Shown piece by piece: positions 26,475 to 29,506 of a DNA stretch of 29,506 nucleotides. The notes under the pieces are model-generated. The model saw only the letters and a program-made list of their open reading frames with translations, was not told the DNA's origin and searched no databases. The DNA comes from a virus. Its lineage: Duplodnaviria; Heunggongvirae; Uroviricota; Caudoviricetes. The position numbers and the translations under genes are program-made. Positions within the stretch are counted from its first letter, which is position 1. Each line of letters starts with the position of its first letter. The DNA lies in IMG/VR virus record IMGVR_UViG_3300027770_000046; one strand, written 5' to 3'.

Positions 26475-27535
26475 AAGTTTTCTTTTATTGTGTTTAATAC
26501 TGTTTCCATACTGATAGATTTATGACATTCAAAATGTCTAGGAGTATCCTCATGCTCAGGACACCAATTCCAATCTCCTTTATTAAACTTAAACACAGGG
26601 TTATTCCAACAGCCATTACATACATCTTTATTAACTATTCGTATACAGTTAGATTGAAACTCATGGTCTGGTGTAGTGAAGTTAGAGATCATCACTGTCT
26701 TCTTACCTATACCCCAGTTTAACCAACTGATACCACTAGAAAGACCAACAAATATATCTGCATGATGCAGATAGTTCATAGCTACATTAAGAGACTTATC
26801 TTCTAGCTTCTCTGCTCCTAAGTCATCTGCCTCCTGTGATAGTTCTATCACCCTATACCCCATATCTTTTAAGGCCTGAATTAACTCTGGCCAGTAGTAC
26901 CAATGCTTACATTGTGCTGTAGATCTAGTAGATATACAGATGTATTTACTATCTATTGGTCTTTCAGATGGTGTGAAGGCTATCCTAGGTTGTATCTCTT
27001 CAAATTCTAAAGCTAATACATTACTAGCTGCTTGTTGTAATGGTATAGTTGCAGGATGTGTAGGCTCTTTATCTTTCTCCCAGAACCAGCCAAGCTCCAC
27101 TTGAGCCACTATATTATGTACTACCACTCCTCTTTCTACAAACTCTAGCTCAGGATATACAGATTCAAATAGTTCATTCTTGAAAGAAGATACTAACACA
27201 TGGCACTTATACTTCTCTTGAAAGGCTAGACAGTATGGCATCCAAGCTATACTATCTCCAAGGCTCTTAGACTCAAAGACAATAAATACCCTAGCACCTC
27301 TTAGCTCATCTAATAGATTAATCTGTAATAATGTACGTCCTTGGTATTTAATGAATATAGCTATGTTAGATAGATACTTTCTATTAAGCTTAGACCATCC
27401 ACCTTTCTTCATTTTAGTTTCATAGATAGTTGTATTACCATCTACAAAGCTTACATCATATTCTCTACCTTTTCCTTCATCATCTAATAGTTCAAAGTGC
27501 AAACCATTGATGTGTAATAATTTATATTTTATCAT
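26471..27535 (-). CDS. TibC/Aah-like (autotransporter O-heptosyltransferase family, GT-B fold) glycosyltransferase
   Basis: SLGDSIAW, TAQCKHW, FVGLSSGISWLNWGIGKKTVMISNFT, and the four-Cys set VCNGCWN...WCP...FEC that matches the iron site of TibC. Confidence 0.8.
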   Translation of the reverse strand: MIKYKLLHINGLHFELLDDEGKGREYDVSFVDGNTTIYETKMKKGGWSKLNRKYLSNIAIFIKYQGRTLLQINLLDELRGARVFIVFESKSLGDSIAWMPYCLAFQEKYKCHVLVSSFKNELFESVYPELEFVERGVVVHNIVAQVELGWFWEKDKEPTHPATIPLQQAASNVLALEFEEIQPRIAFTPSERPIDSKYICISTRSTAQCKHWYYWPELIQALKDMGYRVIELSQEADDLGAEKLEDKSLNVAMNYLHHADIFVGLSSGISWLNWGIGKKTVMISNFTTPDHEFQSNCIRIVNKDVCNGCWNNPVFKFNKGDWNWCPEHEDTPRHFECHKSISMETVLNTIKENL

Positions 27536-28113
27536 TTTTCTGTGTCAAAAAAGAAGGTTTGAAATAATCTGCCATCATTTAAATCTTTTCCAAAATAGTC
27601 TAAAGATACATGGAATAAATCACCTCTATATAAGATAAGTCTATTATAAACATTACCCACCTTATCTATCATATCCCATTTAGTATAATCATAATAATCT
27701 GTACTATATAAAGGTACTTTATCATTTTCTTCTTTTGTATGATGAGCAAATACATAACCATTTAATCCAGTAGCTTTATGTCTAAACAATCCTGTACCTG
27801 CAGATAGAGGAGCATCAGGAGTTAAATAGATAACACCTGCCCACATTGTTGTTCCATCAGTATGAATCCAAGATCTATCAACTGCTGTGGTATATTGAAA
27901 GCTTCCTGAGATAGTTCCCCAGTTGGTAACATTTCCTGCAAAAGGTTTTATTATATCTTGTATAATTTCTTTTGTGCTATCATTTAAGAAAGGTTGTGTT
28001 CTTTTGCCAGGGTAATGATGTGGTTCTTCAAAATATTCTTGTCCCATAGCAAACTGTCTTACTTCATCTACATTGCTGTAAAAATCAGCAACAGAAATCA
28101 TTTCTACTCTCAT
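27532..28113 (-). CDS. DUF6445-like 2OG-Fe(II) oxygenase-fold protein
   Basis: DFYSNVDEVRQFA...YPGKRT...WIHTD...AGVIYLTP...GTGLF...YNRLILY...FH...GRLFQTFF: HxD...H...R present. Confidence 0.75.
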   Translation of the reverse strand: MRVEMISVADFYSNVDEVRQFAMGQEYFEEPHHYPGKRTQPFLNDSTKEIIQDIIKPFAGNVTNWGTISGSFQYTTAVDRSWIHTDGTTMWAGVIYLTPDAPLSAGTGLFRHKATGLNGYVFAHHTKEENDKVPLYSTDYYDYTKWDMIDKVGNVYNRLILYRGDLFHVSLDYFGKDLNDGRLFQTFFFDTEK

Positions 28114-29123
28114 AGTGTATTGTATTTGTTTATATATAATTGTTGTGTTCTTTCAGATGTATAGCCTTCATTAATCTTTAATACATTAATGTAAAACTTC
28201 TCAAGAGTCTTAGCTACATGGAACCAATCTCTACTATCACGTGCAGCTAACACTTCATTCTTTCTATGGTCATAAGTTTTAATAACTTCTGACACACCTT
28301 TAATAACAGCATCTGTACTGATATTTGGTAAGACCCACATACCATCCATATGTCTAGACCCTCTATAAGTTCCCACAATAGGTATTCCACAAGCTGTTGC
28401 TTCCATTAATGTTAGGTTAGGATGTCCTGCTTCTAACATAGATGGATGTAAGAAGATAGTATGAGACTGATATAACTCTCTAGTCTCTTCATCTGTAGGG
28501 TTTGTTAACTTTAAAGTTAACTTTTTATATTGTAATAGCTCTGAATGGATATCAAAGAACTTTTGGTTATCAGGATGTCCAGCTATAGTGATAGGTAAGT
28601 CTAATTCTTCTGCTGCCTGAATACCATATCTAAATCCTTTTCTATCAAAACCTGAATCACCTGCTAATCCATTATTAGCTATCATTAATAAAGAGTGTTC
28701 TTTAGGAGTATAATCAGGAGTAAAGAATGCAGTATCAGCACCATGTGGTAGATAGAATAACTTATCAGTCTCACTAAAGTATTCAATCAAATACTCAGCA
28801 TGGGTGAAGGATATAATGCTATGCTTCATAGCCTCTAGGTTTTGCTTATACACCCAGCTATCTTTACCATACCATTCTGTATGATGATCATGTAGAGAGT
28901 ATACATAAGGTATACCTTTATCTCTACAATATAAAGCTTGATTAGCTAGGTGAGCATGTACAATTGTATCAGGCCATTTCTCTAGCTCATTCATATATTT
29001 AACTTCTACATTATGACCTAACTTACTTAGTCTATCTTTGTAGGCCCAGATAAGTCTTTCTACAGCACCCCATCCATTTGGTGGTATTGTAATTAGTCCT
29101 GTAGCTACGTGTACTATTCTCAT
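28110..29123 (-). CDS. GT4-like (GT-B) glycosyltransferase
   Basis: PPNGWGAVERLIW, RKGFRYGIQAA, FLHPSMLEAGHPNLTLMEATACGIPIV. Confidence 0.85.
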   Translation of the reverse strand: MRIVHVATGLITIPPNGWGAVERLIWAYKDRLSKLGHNVEVKYMNELEKWPDTIVHAHLANQALYCRDKGIPYVYSLHDHHTEWYGKDSWVYKQNLEAMKHSIISFTHAEYLIEYFSETDKLFYLPHGADTAFFTPDYTPKEHSLLMIANNGLAGDSGFDRKGFRYGIQAAEELDLPITIAGHPDNQKFFDIHSELLQYKKLTLKLTNPTDEETRELYQSHTIFLHPSMLEAGHPNLTLMEATACGIPIVGTYRGSRHMDGMWVLPNISTDAVIKGVSEVIKTYDHRKNEVLAARDSRDWFHVAKTLEKFYINVLKINEGYTSERTQQLYINKYNTL

Positions 29124-29506
29124 TTTCTAAATGTTTTTTGCATATTGTCTATTAAAGAAAAACCATCTGCTTGTGTGGTAAGTCTCTTCTTAACTATACC
29201 CATTTGTGGCCCTGCAAAGATATTATTAAAATACATATCAGAAGCATCCCACTTGTGTTTTCTCAAAGTATTTTTTAAATAATCTGCTACAGATATAGGG
29301 AACATAATAGATTGTAAACCTATGATGTGATCTGTAACATACATGTCATCATTGATATCTTTAATCATAGGGCTTTGAGGCCAGCCATATTCTAATGTAT
29401 CCTTGTCTCCAAAGGACATATAGTTGATACCATTTGGTCCCATTAAGTGTGCACATTGCTCAACTTTTCGTACGAAAAAGTGTATGTCTGTCTCAATAAT
29501 ACAGTC
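29120..29506 (-). CDS. C-terminal part of a GT-A (GT25-like) glycosyltransferase domain; 5'-truncated by the window
   Basis: The frame stays open past the listed ATG at 29443 to the window end, reading DCIIETDIHFFVRKVEQCAHL-MGPNG. CIIETD resembles the GT25 acidic motif and LTTQADGFSLID the GT25 C-terminal motif. Confidence 0.55.
   Translation of the reverse strand, partial: DCIIETDIHFFVRKVEQCAHLMGPNGINYMSFGDKDTLEYGWPQSPMIKDINDDMYVTDHIIGLQSIMFPISVADYLKNTLRKHKWDASDMYFNNIFAGPQMGIVKKRLTTQADGFSLIDNMQKTFRK

Noticed and set aside
1-29506. TAG or TGA stop-codon reassignment, as in some gut crAss-like phages
   Set aside because: The 3135-aa and 1430-aa ORFs are intact under the standard code, and TAG (21004, 23818, 25124) and TGA (ATGA overlaps) fall at gene boundaries.

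Overview
AT-rich window from a tailed phage related to the Crassvirales, probably infecting a Bacteroidota host; standard genetic code, no RNA genes, CRISPR arrays or mobile elements seen. It has three blocks. (1) 1-14138 (+): DNA-ejection/early-transcription proteins, namely a 5'-truncated >=3135-aa polyprotein with a zincin HExxH motif and a two-barrel virion RNA polymerase with the DFDID motif, a 142-aa protein, and a 1430-aa protein with a PD-(D/E)xK nuclease domain and a hydrophobic C-terminal segment. (2) 14295-23193 (+): eight fibre/adhesin genes behind a Bacteroidota-type promoter, built from Ser/Thr-rich Gly-X-Y repeats, collagen-like Gly-Pro-X segments, poly-Thr linkers, two LamG-like domains and three peptidase-S74 chaperone domains. 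(3) 23219-29506: two convergent operons of modifying enzymes (four 2OG-Fe(II) oxygenase-like genes, a sulfotransferase, a TibC/Aah-like O-glycosyltransferase, a GT4, a partial GT-A enzyme) plus two DUF1566-like paralogs. Best leads, all inferences from visible sequence patterns: (a) one ~75-aa beta-domain occurs intact inside two fibre proteins but is also split into complementary pieces at the ends of neighbouring genes, suggesting a fibre assembled by strand complementation with interchangeable tips; (b) a TibC-like protein O-glycosyltransferase sits next to extremely Ser/Thr-rich fibres, suggesting phage-encoded fibre glycosylation; (c) the nearly Cys-free ejection proteins carry cysteines at their facing termini, suggesting a disulfide-linked chain. 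All family assignments are from motif recognition by eye, not from database searches.
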